Shown piece by piece: positions 12,595 through 26,750 of a stretch of DNA of 64,000 bases; the stretch's first letter is position 1; each line of letters begins with the position of its first letter. Origin of the DNA: Pavona decussata (lineage: Eukaryota). Made by a program: the position numbers and the translations under genes. The notes beneath the pieces are model-generated. The model was not told the DNA's origin and searched no databases. It worked only from the letters and a program-made list of their open reading frames with translations. The DNA is taken from assembly GCA_977016875.1 (NCBI GenBank), contig CDRNST010000289.1, positions 248,001-312,000 on the forward strand, read 5' to 3'.

Positions 12595-15500
12595 TCGGCC
12601 CTTGCTGCCAGAAGGAAGACCGTCTGACTAGAGGGTTCCAATAATGCTTATTGGACAAAACCGTGTGGGAAAGACAAGTTTAAAGAAATCGTTGAAAGGG
12701 ATTTCCTTTGATCCAGAGGAAAACAGTAGTGTGAGCATAGAGGTCGATCCTTCTCTTTTCAAGGTGACCACTGAGTGCTGGAGAACAGGGATGACCAAAA
12801 ACGACCAAAATGCTGAAGAAGCCATTTCCCTTGATTATCGCACAGCAATGTGGATAGTCGATAACTTAAAGGGAAGGAGGAAGGGAACCCAGCTTGAAAC
12901 AGAAACAGAAGAAAATGAAACTAATTTGGATTCTGAAATCACAGAAATACCAAGCGAACCAAGACCAACTGAGCAACTAAGTGATTCCGAGAAGGTTGAA
13001 ATATCTAGCAAACAACGAGCCGTATTGAGCAGAGATGAACCACAAGTATCACCGGGTCTATTGGAACAGAATCAAGAGGACGACTGTGACAGTCCCGCTC
13101 CTTACGTTCCAGAAGAGGTAGCCATGGTAACTGAGACCCTGCTTCCAGGTGGTTAGGAGAATAACATGGGAGACGTTTATTCAACTATGTGGGAATTTGC
13201 TGGACAGTCAGTTTACTATGTGACACATCCGCTCTTTCTAACCGCACGTGCAATGTCTTGTTTGGTTTACGACCTCAGCTTAAATCCACGTGACACGGCC
13301 AAGCAACTAGTGAAACAAAGAGTACACAAGAAATCTCAAGACAGCTTTAACCTTAAAACTAATTTGGATTATCTTGATTTTTGGTGATGTGACTGTGGCT
13401 TGCCTGGCCACTAGTCAAAATGGTGATATACATGGATATCCTAACTCATAGGAACTTCCAGACAAGCTTCCTTTGGTTTTCTTGGTATGCACTCATGCCG
13501 ATACACCTTATGACGATCGCGATCCAAGTGAACTAGCTCAGGAGATTCTTGGTTGTCTAATGGACAAGCCATACGGCGCCCATCTTTATGACGTGTTCGT
13601 TGTGGATAACACAAAATCAGGTACTGATTCTGAGTGTTCAGCGGTGAAGCATTTGCGAGAAGAAGTGCTTGCCGTTACTAAAGAGCTGCCACACATCACC
13701 GCATCTATTCCAATCAAATGGTTGAAATTTGATAACGCTCTCGAGGCAGTGGAAGAAAAAGGGGGAAAATTAACTTCTTTGGAGATCGCAAAGACATTGC
13801 ATCACAAGCCTGCAACATTAACAAAGAAGAAGAGTTCGAAACATTGATTAACTATCTGCATGACCTGCGACGCTTGATATGAGATTCATTTTGACGACTC
13901 TCCAGATTTGAATAAATTGGTAGTCTTAATCTTAGTCCACAGTGGTTGATTAATGTGTTTAAAAATGTGATAACTGTGAGGCCTTATAGCTGTAGTGAAA
14001 AGAGATTCGTAGAGCTATGGTATAAGCTTAAGAGGGAAGGAATCTTGGATCAAGAACTTTTATCACATGTGTGGGAGACATTGTATGACAACAAAGAATC
14101 CTGTGAGAGCCTTGTCAGAATCATGCAGAAATTTAGCTTGCTGTGCCCGTGGCCATTAGAAACATTAGGGAGTTACCTGGTACCATCAATGTTGAAAACA
14201 CATCCATCAAGCAAGATTATCAGTCTTATCGCGTCCGCAGAAACACCCTCTCTGTTTATAACATTTGAAACTGCTCAAGTCCCTCCAGGATTCTTTCATC
14301 GATTTGTCCTCCAGTTCTATCGGTGGGGGAAGGAAGCATTTTTGAGGCCAATAAAACCTCAGTTGTTTCAGAATTTTGCAAGATTTTTCACATCTGGAAA
14401 CGAGGGCGGTTCTGTGATCTTCGCATGCAACACTTTGACCGTTGAAGTTTTAATCCACACAGAAGACCACCATGACGCCGAGTTGTTTACCTGTGCTAGT
14501 ATTGTTCGCAGGCAGGTGGGTTTGATGCTTCAGCGTATGCGCAATGAGTTTTCCTGGTTGAGGAACATAAAAAGCGAAATGAGCGTTCTCTGTCCAGTCT
14601 GCTGTCCCGATGGTACAATGGATGCCTGCCATTTACATGGAAAAGAAGGATGCAAAAAGGAGCAATGTCTTCACTTCTGGTCATTGTCGGAGTTGTGCAG
14701 AGCGAAGCAGACTATTATTTGTCCCAAGTTTGCGTCTGCTCAAAAGGTCACAGTGGACGTCAAACAATTTCTGCCCTGGTATTCCCCTGCAGGAGATCAG
14801 GTAAATATCATTACACTAATTTAACAAGGAGAAATGAACCTTTGGGTGTGAGATGGTCTCTTTGCATGTCGTAAATATAACCGTTACATTTTTTAATTTC
14901 CTTATCATAGATAGCACTTGGTGAAGTGGACAAGGAACGTTTATCTCTAGATGAAGGTAAGTTGTTGGATTAGCATTTTCATTAAAATATTGCTTCATTG
15001 TGTTACACCACAGCTTAACCTCGAATGTTAAGTAACTTATATCTAAGAACTTCAAAATTTGAGTCAACGATGACATAATGCTTCTTATTTAGAGGAAGCT
15101 GCTCCCATTTTGTGTGAAAGAAAAACGCATTGATTGAAGTATTGTGAGTAAAGATACTCTGAGAGGCATCAATAGACGAAACAAGTTAAACAAACAAACG
15201 TTAAGTATAAAATGCATTGATGGAACAACGAACAGTAAGTATAACTAGCATAATGGGAACGATTACTAAACACTTTGTTTTGGTATATGCCGTCACTAAC
15301 ATTGTGCAACCCGCACTTCTAATGCATCACGATACAAAATTGCCTCATCCTTTTTCGAGAAAACATAACTCCAACACAGCTCTTTACTAAAATTGTTTAA
15401 ACTCGATTTCTAGGAAATGAAGAAAAAGTTCTTGCTCTCCCTGGTAGGGTTTTGGAATCTCTCAAGTCCCAGTCTTGTGATTCGAAACAGATTGCGCGTC

Positions 15501-16195
15501 TATTAAACGAGAGTTTGCAACTGGATGGGGCCTCTTTAGCACAGCCAGATCCTGACACCAAGAAAAAAATCCGCTGCTTGGCAAAAAAGGCTAAATGTTT
15601 AGACCGGCTAGACGTGGTCAAACATTTGAGGGAAATTACACCCGCTGGGAATTCTGGTTAGTGAATTAAAACGGAACTTTAAATAGTATGTTAATTATTT
15701 CCATTTTCGTAACTTACAATGTTTCCAAGGAAAAGTAAACTAAAAAGTCCGAAGCCTTGAGAGAAGATTAAATCCAATGTTCTTGCTCTAAAGATGCAAA
15801 CGCAAAAAATGATTTTATCGACGGATTTCCCTTCTCGACTGTGAAGGAAGATCATTATGGCGTCATTTGAATTCGTTCGCGCTTCACTCTATCAAAGGGT
15901 AACTCTAATGCAACGAGGAGATATGTGCCGTGTTAAGATAAAATTTAATGGATTGGTTTCATATGCGGCGAGGGCGACAACTTACTTTTCATCTAAACTT
16001 TTTGTTACTTTTTTGTTTGTTTGATTGTTTTATTAGACTTCTCGAGTTAAAACAAACACTTTTGGTTTACCGGATCTGTTAAATTTATATGTGTAATACA
16101 CACTCCTAATGAGACCTCCACTCTGACAATGATTAATGATGCAACAAATCATGCTTGATATAGATTTACAATGTAATTCAGTGCAATAACCTTAA

Positions 16196-19100
16196 AGTGC
16201 TACTACGATCAAATTTTCGAATACCTTTTATTTGCGGTTGATTGGTAGTTTATGTCCTAAAGTACATGATCTCCAAGTTATATCCTCCTAAGATGAAGGA
16301 AAGTGCGATTTTTTTGCGCTCAAACTCCACGAATTTTCATCCGCCATTGAACCGCCATGTTCCTGCGGCCTGGTTACCAAAGGCAGATGGTGTCCAATGA
16401 CAACAGAAGCCGGGTCACCCGGGAAAAACAAGTGACGTCAGACTCTCAACTCGAAGCCCAGGCGAGCCCTACGAGGCTAACTGCTCATACGGTTTCGAAC
16501 ACGTTTTCGAAAAATGTTTCGATCTTTCAATGGTGGGAAGTCGCTGTGTTGTTCAGTGGTATAACAACTGCTCTAATCGAGCGGCAGGAATTGCGCTGCA
16601 TGCGAGTCCGGCCGACAGAACGAGAGATGTGTGGGTCCAGTTTGTTGTCTTGCACGTTTTGCTATTTTCTCGGTTTAGTTCGAGGGACACTTGGGCATTC
16701 CACCCAAGTCAGTGAACACAAATTAAACCTGATCTTTTGAAAAGGGTAAGCGATCAGGAGATCGTGAACCTGAAAAAAATCTCCGAAGGGGAAGGAGCGG
16801 CAAAAGGTAAGCTTATGTAAAGTGGGCGAAATGTGTGAATATTGTTTTTTATCTTTGGTGATTCCTCGATACCTTGTTCAGCACCCATACAAATAGCAGT
16901 CACAAATTTTTATACACATTTTATATTGCGTTTCTAAAGTACTAAACTTTGATTGAACGAGTAAATAATGTAAGTGCAACTAGCTCCCGGAACTAGCTTT
17001 TCCCTCCGAAGCATTTCCAAAACATCTAAGTGCGATAAGAGTAAGCTTGTGTTTACTTTGCTTGTGCAAAAGCTTGTGGCAAAAACTCTGCAAACAAACG
17101 CGAAGAAAACCACTTTAATTATCCATTTTCACTCAGCTTTCGATAAGGTGGTCTTTGGCGTTTACAAAAGGGTTCCTTCTTTCTTTTAAGTGGTTTTCTT
17201 GAAGAAATAGTTTGAATTTTTGGTTTAAGAAAGGTTTTAAGAAAACCTCACATTCAGTTGTTTCTTATCAATTAGATTCAATTGGTAATGTATTTTAAAT
17301 TTTGATTTATTTTTCAGACGCTGAGTTGCAACAACGTCAAAACCCAGCTCTTACTATTAAATACAGGGCAAAACAAGCCTTGCAGAGCACAACACGTGAA
17401 AAATGTGGACAGCCAAGAAAAGGCCAGTGCTCCTCCTTAAACTAGCAGTTGAAGAGGACTGACCTTTCTCAAGGGCTTTTCTTGATGTTTTGTCATCAAC
17501 CACCAGTTGACAAGTAGAATCAATAAAAGAACTGTTTTCTCTTCATTCATCATGCCTCCTCTTTGTAACTCTTTCCATTACATAGGCTTCTGTTTTAGGG
17601 AATGGTCAGAAATTAGTGGGGACGGGAGGGGGGGGGGGAGGGGGGTGAGTGAGGTGGAGATTTTAAATTGAGCAATGAAAATGATGTGACCCTCCATAGC
17701 GATGCAAATGAAATTTCACGACCCTCCCCCTGAACAGGTAATACAATGTAGCTCAAATACCAGAAAAAGAAAACAAGAATGGAGGCAAACTGTAAGTTAC
17801 TTACTGGAACCATTTTGCCCCAACATAATTCAAATCATCTATAGAGCCCATTGGCATCATATAACTCCATTATGCTACACATTTCCTTTACATTAATATT
17901 TTAATACTTAATACTTGTCTTGCTTTTGTTAAATAATGACTTAAATTAACAAATTTTATTTTGTCTTTTGTATATAACTCGCTCTCCCTGTCATACTATA
18001 AATTATGATTGCAAGAGCATAAATTTATGTGACCCTCTGTTTTCACTGCTTATTCTTTCATGACACTCCACCTCCCCCCTCCCCACCCCCTGCTCCCTGC
18101 TAATAGGGAGCTGAAGCACAGACATTCCTGAGCCATGTATAGCAACCAGAACTCAAATGTTTTCTCTTTTGGTGTGGTTTTAAATAAATACTTATTTGAA
18201 TATAAACAATATTAATATGGTAGCCATTTTGGAATAAGGTTTATGGTTCATTGTCTGCAGTACATTAATAATTTTATTTTTATGTTCATTTGAAAAATAG
18301 TGCCAGAATCTTGTTTCACCAATAGATTTGTTGTTGTACAAAATGAAATTGAATCTACATTTTCTAAGAATAAACACTGATCAAGAAGAACAACCTTGAG
18401 AAAAAAATCAAAGGTGGCTCACAACAGTCTCAACTTTACTTCATTTTGGTAGCATGCATTTGCCCATCTCTCACTGCACCAAAAGTGAAAGTAACAAGAA
18501 CTGTTACCACAGCAACAGTGTATCAAACTCATCAACACTTGCTTGGGGGTTTGCCCTTAGACATGTAGGACAAAGGATGTTTGTTGTTAGGTTGATTTGA
18601 CCCTTCATTAGAATAAGCAAAAAAATTTCAATACCTGAATCACAAACTTTAACTCCCAAGAATATTGTTTTCAATTTATATTTGCAAAATTCCTACTTTT
18701 CCTCCCCTCATTTGCCTAGGTGGATGCTTGTTACCAGAAAGCATGCCTTAATAAATTTTCATTTATAAAGCTAGTCATTTCTTCAGTGTGTTAAAGCATC
18801 CAGTGCAGTGGTGTTTAACCTGATGTGAGCCACCTTAAAAAAAAATATATGTACACAGAAAAGACTGTTATTACATTGTTCATGATGGTGCAAGGGAAGA
18901 AAACAAATCATTGCAAATTGTTGTCACCTTGCAAATTTATTTGTTTATTGATTACTGTACTTATTCAAATCTGGATACAATGATGTCCATGCAGCACCAG
19001 CACTCTCCAGGCTTGGTAAGTCGCTCAAGGGAGCAATTTGAACATTTGCACCTGAGAAAATATTGAACCAAGAGGAAACTTAGCATCAATTACAAGGGAG

Positions 19101-19942
19101 CGATCAGCTTAAATTCAAGCCATTGCACAGAGCTTTTCACTACAATATATATTCTTTTTCCATGATAAAAAAGTGCAAAAACAGTAAGCTTACTCGGAAC
19201 CGAAACTTAACTGTGCACTCTAATTTAACACCAAGGCAAACTTTCGAAAGCAAAGCTAAAAACCTAAACTTGACTTCGATTTCAATTCAACTGAGTCTCC
19301 GGTAGCCTCCCTCCGGGGAATGAACTGGCTAGTAGTCAAGAGAAATTGTTGAGGATTCTCAGGCACTACACTTTTAAAGCTTGCCTGTTTTGTTAATACA
19401 GCAAATAACACATCTAAATATCAATCTCTATATCTAATATCTTACCCGAGAGATGAACGACTTAGCAAAGTCTGCTCTTCCTTCTCTTGTAGCAAAAGCG
19501 CTAGCTGCTGAACTTATTCGGCTGCCTCTTCTTCAGACAGAACTAGCTCTACAGAGTCAGGACTTCTTAATTTCCTTTGCCTATATCATGCAAAGACGAT
19601 CCAGGAGAGCTTTCTGTGGCCAAAACAGCTCTGAAATTCGTCGCCAGAAGGAGGACTACAGTACTCGCTCGATCAGCGACTTGAGAGTATTACGTCACGA
19701 CAAAAACACAATAGGTTTGAATAAAAATACCGCAACTCCAATCACTTTCATACCGCGGGCTCACTGGAACATAAATTCATAATGGCGGACTCGAAAACAC
19801 CAGTTTTCAAGGCTCAATATTTTCAATTTACGGGGCCCAAACTTCATTTCAGTGACCAAGACAGGTACAGCCACATCGGATAAGCTGTAAAGAACGTATT
19901 TTTGTTTCATACGTGACATGAAGTTTTGATCTTAGTAGCACT
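16196..19942 (+). mobile_element. Kolobok-like non-autonomous DNA transposon with THAP remnant
   Basis: TTAA duplication on both sides; TIR AGTGCTACTA(C/A)GATCAAA; MVGSRCVVQ..N.SN..GIALH.SP...R..W..FV at 16530 is a decayed THAP finger. Confidence 0.8.
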
Positions 19943-22900
19943 TTAAGCTAGTAGTAATGTTCGTGGATTGTTTCGATTCAACAAAAGCTATTTGTTAAAC
20001 AAAAAGCTGTGATTTTAAGTTCTCTAGCACATTTTTTTAAATGATTCTAAAATTCGTATGTATGTTGTCAGCTGTTTTTAACGATTTAAAATTTACGTTC
20101 ATGGAACTTTTTACTCAGCAGTTAATTTGTGCCTGTATATCTAATCCACAGGTCCACTTTTGCCTGAAGATCTCGATGTTGGAAGGATCCCTTTTTGTAA
20201 TAGAAGAAATCTAACCATCGCTTTGTCTGGTAAGAGTTAGCTACTAATAAATATACGCACTTGCATTATGACTGTCTTAGTTGCAAGACGTTCAACCCAT
20301 AAGAAGATTAATTTAGAGAACTGCTGTAGCCAACGGAAAAAGTTACACGTTTCGATCATTTGTTGCAATGGAACATAAATTAAAGACCCAAGAAGCCTGC
20401 ACCTGGTTAATTTACTTTGTATGGTTTTAGAGTGAAGAGCCTTAGGTATCGTGGGCTCAAATGTTGGGACACCGAACCACCAACCATTGTTTAAACAGGC
20501 CTTATAACATTGAGAAGCAGCAACTGCAACAGTACATGAGACACAGGCAGGAAAAGCTCGTGCAAGCAGCCTCCTCCCAAATGCGGCAGACATTCCATGT
20601 CCACTCTGTCTAAGAACTTTTCGAGCTAACAATACGCCTTGTAAGTCATATACGCACTCACACCACACAAGCCCCAACCCAACAACCTGAGGATAGCTGA
20701 AGTGGTCCTCATTATGATTGCCAGTGACAGGAGAACAAGCCAACAAACTAACAACATTGAGCAACTCTTCATGGTTCAGATGACCGTGCTATAAGGCGTT
20801 AACGTCAAACCTCTAGCTGGGCTTATATATAGCACGCTTTTTTTTACAGCTATTTAGTAGGACGTGATGTTGATGAACCTGCAATCTATTCAAATAAAAT
20901 GGCGGACATTATAATTCTTCTGGGCTGCACTGAGACCGATTCACATTCATTAAAAGGCTGTCATCATAACGAGAATTTCCGTATTATTAAAAAACAAAAA
21001 CGGATCAGGCAGTGGGGTGAACTATTCTTCTCCCTAACTTCTCCCTCCTACCTACTCTTCTGTATCCAGAGGAAAAATCAGACGGTCACGAAATTGTGCA
21101 CAGAAAAAAAGAAGCTATGCATTTAGTTACTACATCTCTTTAAGAGCACTATTTAAACGGACAAAGACAGCCTCGTATTCGTTTCTTGCGGCAGTTAAAT
21201 GCCGAGGAGTTGTTAAGTTCAATTACTTCCTTTTCCCTTTTGGGAGGTATGATTTCAAAATGACAAGTTTTTACAGAGAATGTCCTTTCGGCGCCATTTT
21301 CTTAAGTACAAGTGAACATGAGTAGTATTGTTGGAACTAGGACTTCTTTTGGACTAGTTGCATATATACTTTTTAGAACTTGGTACTCAACTGAACTACG
21401 CATTTTTGTTTCGCAGGCAGAGATGAGTGGAAGCTTATTGCAGAGAAGCTTGGTTTCAATCAAGACCAGATTCTATTCCTTGACAAACGCTCTAAAAACC
21501 CAGCTGAGGAGTTTTTGGATTGCATTGCCAGCGAACGATACCTAAGTGTAGGAGATCTTTACGACTTGTTATGTGATTGTGGTCTACAAGTAATAGCCGA
21601 TCACCTGTAAAAAAAAAAAAAAAAAAAAAAACTAGCCGAGGAGTTACTGGGCTGTATCTGTAGCTATCAGAGATCTTTACGCCTTTTTTTTTTCTTTTTA
21701 AGTGATTGTGGTGCACCAGTAATAACCGATTACCTGTACAAGAAAAGCAAAAACAAAAAACAAAAAAAAAACATTGATTGGAATTAGCTTTTGAGGGCAT
21801 TCTAAGCCGTCCTTCAGAGATTTTTAAGAGGGCCATTCTTATGAGAGGGGCCGAAGCAGTATTTCATTGAAGTTCACATAACAGGCATTAGCGATTAATG
21901 TAAGTTACTCTTTGTTGTTTTTGTAGCAGATTTTACAGTAGTATTAATAAAGTCGCAGACGTACGCAACTTCGTTGTTTAAAAGGTTGTTTACATGGAGG
22001 ATCTTTCTAGCACTAGGAAGATCCTAGAAGGCGGATCATCCTAGGCGATATGTTTTCTGTATTCAGCTTACATGCAAAAAGTTGCACTTGGCCCTAGTGC
22101 TAGGATCTTTTTAGCGTCATCTAAAGTACCTTCGATCGCTAGGATTAGGCCCTAATACCAGGGACCAAAATAAATAAATAAATAAATAAATAAAAAAAAT
22201 AACGTGGCGACGGCCGGGCGTTCAGCTGCTAAAGGCCAACATTACTTTTTTTTTTTTTTTTTTTCCAAAATTTCTGCATGTAACCAAACGAAAAGTTGTT
22301 TCACCTTCTAGGATCTTCGAGCAATGGAAGAGGGCACATTAAAGAGTCTCCACTGTCGTCTTCTATCCTCTAAGGCTGTTCTCTTTTCCGTTTTTTACTC
22401 TTCAGTTGGTATTTTCGTCACTAACCACTTACCATTTTTGCTGGACATACCTCGCCAAAATCAACACTTTTTCGCTAGTAAAGGAACTGGGGGGGGGGGG
22501 GGGGGGCAGGACAACAATTATGGTAACTCCTATCATTTTACCCCGGTATCTAACACAATTGGTCTTGTTATACAAGCTGCAGTCAGGAGATATCCTGGAT
22601 TGAAGTAGCTCTGTACCTTTCATTTTAGCTGGTTAAGTCTATTTACTCTCTGCACTCACTTCACAATGGTGGACACTTACTTCCTCCATGTTGAAGTAAA
22701 CGTTAAAGAAGCCAAAAAAGAAATTTATTTCCAAAGCAGCGAGGATCCGGAATTCGCCAATGACAGCCGACGTCCGTGATATAAATACTGAAGCGTGATC
22801 AATCGACCTCATCGCCCGATGTTGGCAATGGAAATGCCACATTCAATACAACTTACTATTTTTAAAAAGGATGATAATGCAAACGGCTTGTTTCTGGTTT

Positions 22901-25539
22901 AGCAAAATTTCACCTCATTAAAAACTGGCAATGCGCACTTATTTTAATTCGTTTCACCATACTTGCTGAAAGCAAGCGTTAAATACTGTATTCACCGTGT
23001 TGGCTGGGTTTTGTTTACTCAGCCCCTCAGTACGGTTGTTGCAACTGCCAGAAAAACTTTAGTTTTACGGTTCTATTTCCATTCCATTTTCTTTTGACCT
23101 TCGAGTAACAAAAACCAGAATTAAAAGCGAAATAGTTTTCTCTATTCAGTCCATTGTTGTAGATGTCTAAAGTTGGTCCGTGGGGCTTTCTTAAACGAAA
23201 ACTGGCAAAAACTGGTTGGCAGTCTGCATAAACTTCCACAATACAAGGGCAACGAGCAAGGAGATACGTTAAATTCTTCAACTCCGCCAAAAGAAGGACT
23301 GGTGGAAACTGATTCTACATGGCGTAATCATCTTGCTTGTGCTTGTGCTTACCTCACGCCGGTTCCCACTTCTGAAATAAGCACAAGCGTGAGAGAAGTA
23401 CAAGCACAAGGAATGGAGAAAAGTTTCTTTTTCTTGCGCTTATGCTTATGCCTAACTCTTGCTTATTTCATGCCATTCCCACACAATTTTTCTTATGGTT
23501 ATGCTTGTACATATGTCACAAGTGGGAACCAGGCATAAAACCTAACAGCCCTTTAGGAAACGTTTGACTTAAACATTATCTTATTTGCATTCGTCTTGCT
23601 AGAAAATAGAACAGCACGTGCGGATTTTACTTTAGGCTTAACACTTGCATATTTGGGACGAGAGGACGTGGACGAGAGAAATGAAAGCCATGGAATGTGC
23701 GCATCCGAATTATCACACTTTTACTATCAGACTGCATTTTAGCTCAAGGAAACACGATAAAGCAAGTGATAGCCATTCAGATGGACTCGAAAAAAGGCTG
23801 GAACGTTTCACATCCTAAGATGTAAAAATCGTGTATAAAAATCTTTTAAAAGATGTTTAAGCTTGGATTTTTCTACCCCCAACCCTGGCAGCCCGATACA
23901 CCCCTCCTGAGATCTTATTTGGCAACATCGAGTAACCAGGCTTTCTTGGGTCCTGACTTTTCAAGATGGCGTCGTATTTGTCTTGCTTTAGACTCAGTGT
24001 TTCATTGTTTTTATTGCTTGCGTGTTTTTCCAAGTTCAAGTGGGATGTATCTTTAAGTATATTCTACAGCAGATTAGGCTGGGAAAGCTTCAACAGCCAA
24101 ACTGACACAAAGATCGAAGTTACCTGAGATACTTGAACATCTTCGATAAAGGTAAGTTAAGGCCTAGGCAAGCTAAGTGATCAAAGAACTTGTTGTTTCA
24201 ATTACCCCAAAAGATTATTACTAATTTCCAAATAACAGAGTTAGGAGTGTACAATATAATATATATACATTTAGCCAAGCCTAAAAGCGGAGCTCCAATT
24301 TTTTTCATAGCATTTATAAAAATCTACTTAGTGTATGAACGTAATAACCTTACCAGTTCCTCATCCTTTCTGCAGTTATATTTTTGGTGCATATGCAACC
24401 AACTGCCCATACAATAACAATGCAATGCAGAGGGCAAATTTTTTTTGAATGCTGATTTGTTACAATGGAGGCTGGCTGAACACGCCAGTTCTACATTCCG
24501 TTGGTTTCTTAATTTTGTGTCCAAAAACAACGAGTTCTTTCAAGTTCTTTGGAGTTCGACTGTTTAAGCCGGGTTGTTTGTACCACAAATACATGGAAAT
24601 CAAGTGCTGCAGCTAGAAAGGGAATTCCTAAATGTTAGTTTTCGTGTTTCTTACAGGAATCAGCAAAAGCCGGATTATTTGTGTCAAAGCTAAAACTTGG
24701 ATAGGATTGACATTTGTTCAGTTGCGAAACTGAAATCAGTCATGGCGACCATGCAAGTACTTTCAACTCGCTACCTCTTCTTACAATTAGCAATTATCCT
24801 GCGAAATCGCGAGGAACAAGTATCGCCTGATACTTAGCCGACGAGACCGTAGGCCGAGTTGGCTAAAATCAGGCGATATTTCGCAAGATTGAGCAGGATC
24901 ATTGTTTTATTATTCAACACATTGAGGACAAAGCACAGATTTATAGCAGAATAGCTGAACTTTATTTGTCAAAAAAAAAAAAAAACTTGTAACATTTTCC
25001 CGCTCGCGGACCGGCATGAATGAAAGTGGCAGCTTTGTTCAAGTTTGAATGAAATCGAGAGCGTTTGGCATCAACCTCAGTAAAACATTGAGTACTCGTC
25101 TTGTGCGCCAATCGCTCCGGCAAGATTTTCTACAAATTTCTAGCACCAAAAGCTAAAGCCAAGCAGCGTTTTGAAGCTGCGAAGGATTTGTTGGAAATGC
25201 TTTTCAACGATTTCTCGGGTGAATGTTTCTTTGTTTACTACGCAAGCAATTTCACCATCCTTCTCAGTGTTTTGACAAACGCATCTAGTGCCTTGTTGCT
25301 TGTAAGAACTCTGGATCTTTTATGAAACTAAACGGTTTTCAAGTGGCTCTAGATCTGATGTTTCTGAGAACAATTACTTTGTACGAGTTCCGTCTATCTT
25401 TTTGTCTGCCAGATAGCTAAAATTTCTCGAGGCACTTCAGTGCGAGCTCGGATTTTCTCAGGTGGTTTTCCCCATCTCTTCAAGACGAGTCGAGATCTCT
25501 GTTTACCAACCAATCTAAGGAAATACTTGTACTAGAAGA

Positions 25540-26750
25540 AAGAATTTTCGTTTACAAATGATTTGTAAACGACCGTCGAATTACACGTCATGATAATATT
25601 TTTTTTGTGTAAGAGCAAGTTACCGGCCCGGGGGAAAATGTTTGGAAATTCAAAACTGTGTCAGACTGCTCCTATAGTAATAATTCTAGTCTCGTCAACC
25701 AAATGGAAAATACGGGAAAATAGTCTTTGGTGTATGGTAGAATTATTTCAGAGCTTTTAAACTTGTGTCTGTTTACAAACGCATGAGAGGCGTGTGGTCT
25801 GAATGAAAAAAACACGGCCACGAAACAATAGTGTACAAAAATTAATTTCTAAACGAATATCGATGGTATCGAGAATTTAATAAACGATAAAAGCATCTGC
25901 GTAAAGCTTTAAACACACAACATAATAAAATTATCGATTGTTGCCTGGAAGAAAGCATAAATTTTTTTCGTTTACAAATGATCTGTAAACGGCCGTCGGA
26001 ATCACGTAAACATGACATTTTCTGCGAGACCAAGCTCCCGGGGAAAAATGTTTGGAAATCCAAAACTGTGTCAATTCTGGTCTCATAGTAATAATTCTAG
26101 TCTCTAAATAAACGTTAAAAAATGGAGAATACGGGAAACTAGTCTTTGGTGTTTGGTAGAATTATTTCAGAGCTTTTAAAGTAATGTGTGTTTACAAACA
26201 CATGAATGCCGAAAGGTGCGAATGAAAAAAACACGGCCACGAAACAAAATGTTCAAAAATTAATTTCTACACGAATATCGATGGTATCGAGAATTTAATA
26301 AACGATTAAAATATCTGTGTAAAGCTTGAAACACGTAACATAAAGGAAAGTTATCGATTTTTTTCCGGGAAGAAACCTTTTTGGAATACAAATGATCTGT
26401 TGAAACGGCCGTCGTAATCACGTAAACATGGTATTTCAGTTTTGAGAGAGCAAGTAAGCTCCCGGGGAAAAATTATTGGATATTAAAAACTGTGTCAATT
26501 CTGCTCTTAATTAGTAATAATTCTAATCTCTAAGTTTAAGAAAAGGAGAATACCGAAAGTACTGTTTGGTGTTTGGTAGGATTATTTCAGAGCTTTGAAA
26601 CTTGTGTTTGTTTACAAACACATTTATAAGCTTAAGGGCCGTGCCGCTGCGAACGAAAAAACACACGGCCACGAAACAAATTTTTCAAAATCAACTTCTC
26701 GAATATTGCTGGTATCGAAAGCGATTAAAGTGTCTATGTAAAGCTATTTT
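25540..26750. repeat. Tandem array of three ~420-bp units
   Basis: TACAAATGAT(T/C)TGT..AACG(A/G)CCGTCG recurs at ~25553, ~25973 and ~26387; CACGGCCACGAAACAA recurs at ~25813, ~26232 and ~26664. Confidence 0.85.

Larger units (their letters stand above)
8733..21610 (+). pseudogene. Decayed paralogue of the KH-Roco-death gene (equivalents of exons 8-14): ~8733-9001, 10489-10631, 11598-11635 joined to ~12596-14800, 14911-14956, 15414-15656, 20152-20229, 21417-21610
   Basis: Exon-by-exon similarity to the 51.9-61.8 kb exons (KRTLFT.DSGFAVILSRE, LHCE.WDRLLSSGVWEP, GQNRVGKTSLKKSL, VCTHADTPY, DEWKLIAEKLG). In-frame stops (e.g. 13154, 13385), frameshifts, a mutated acceptor near 8732 and a ~960-bp insertion in the Roc exon. 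No KH exons were found upstream within the window. Confidence 0.9.

Noticed and set aside
20237-20764. 175-aa minus-strand ORF and other short ORFs in introns and repeats
   Set aside because: No recognisable motifs, splice support or paralogue conservation.
25540-26750. Regularly spaced repeats as a CRISPR array
   Set aside because: Whole 420-bp units are repeated, there are no unique spacers or cas genes, and the context is eukaryotic.
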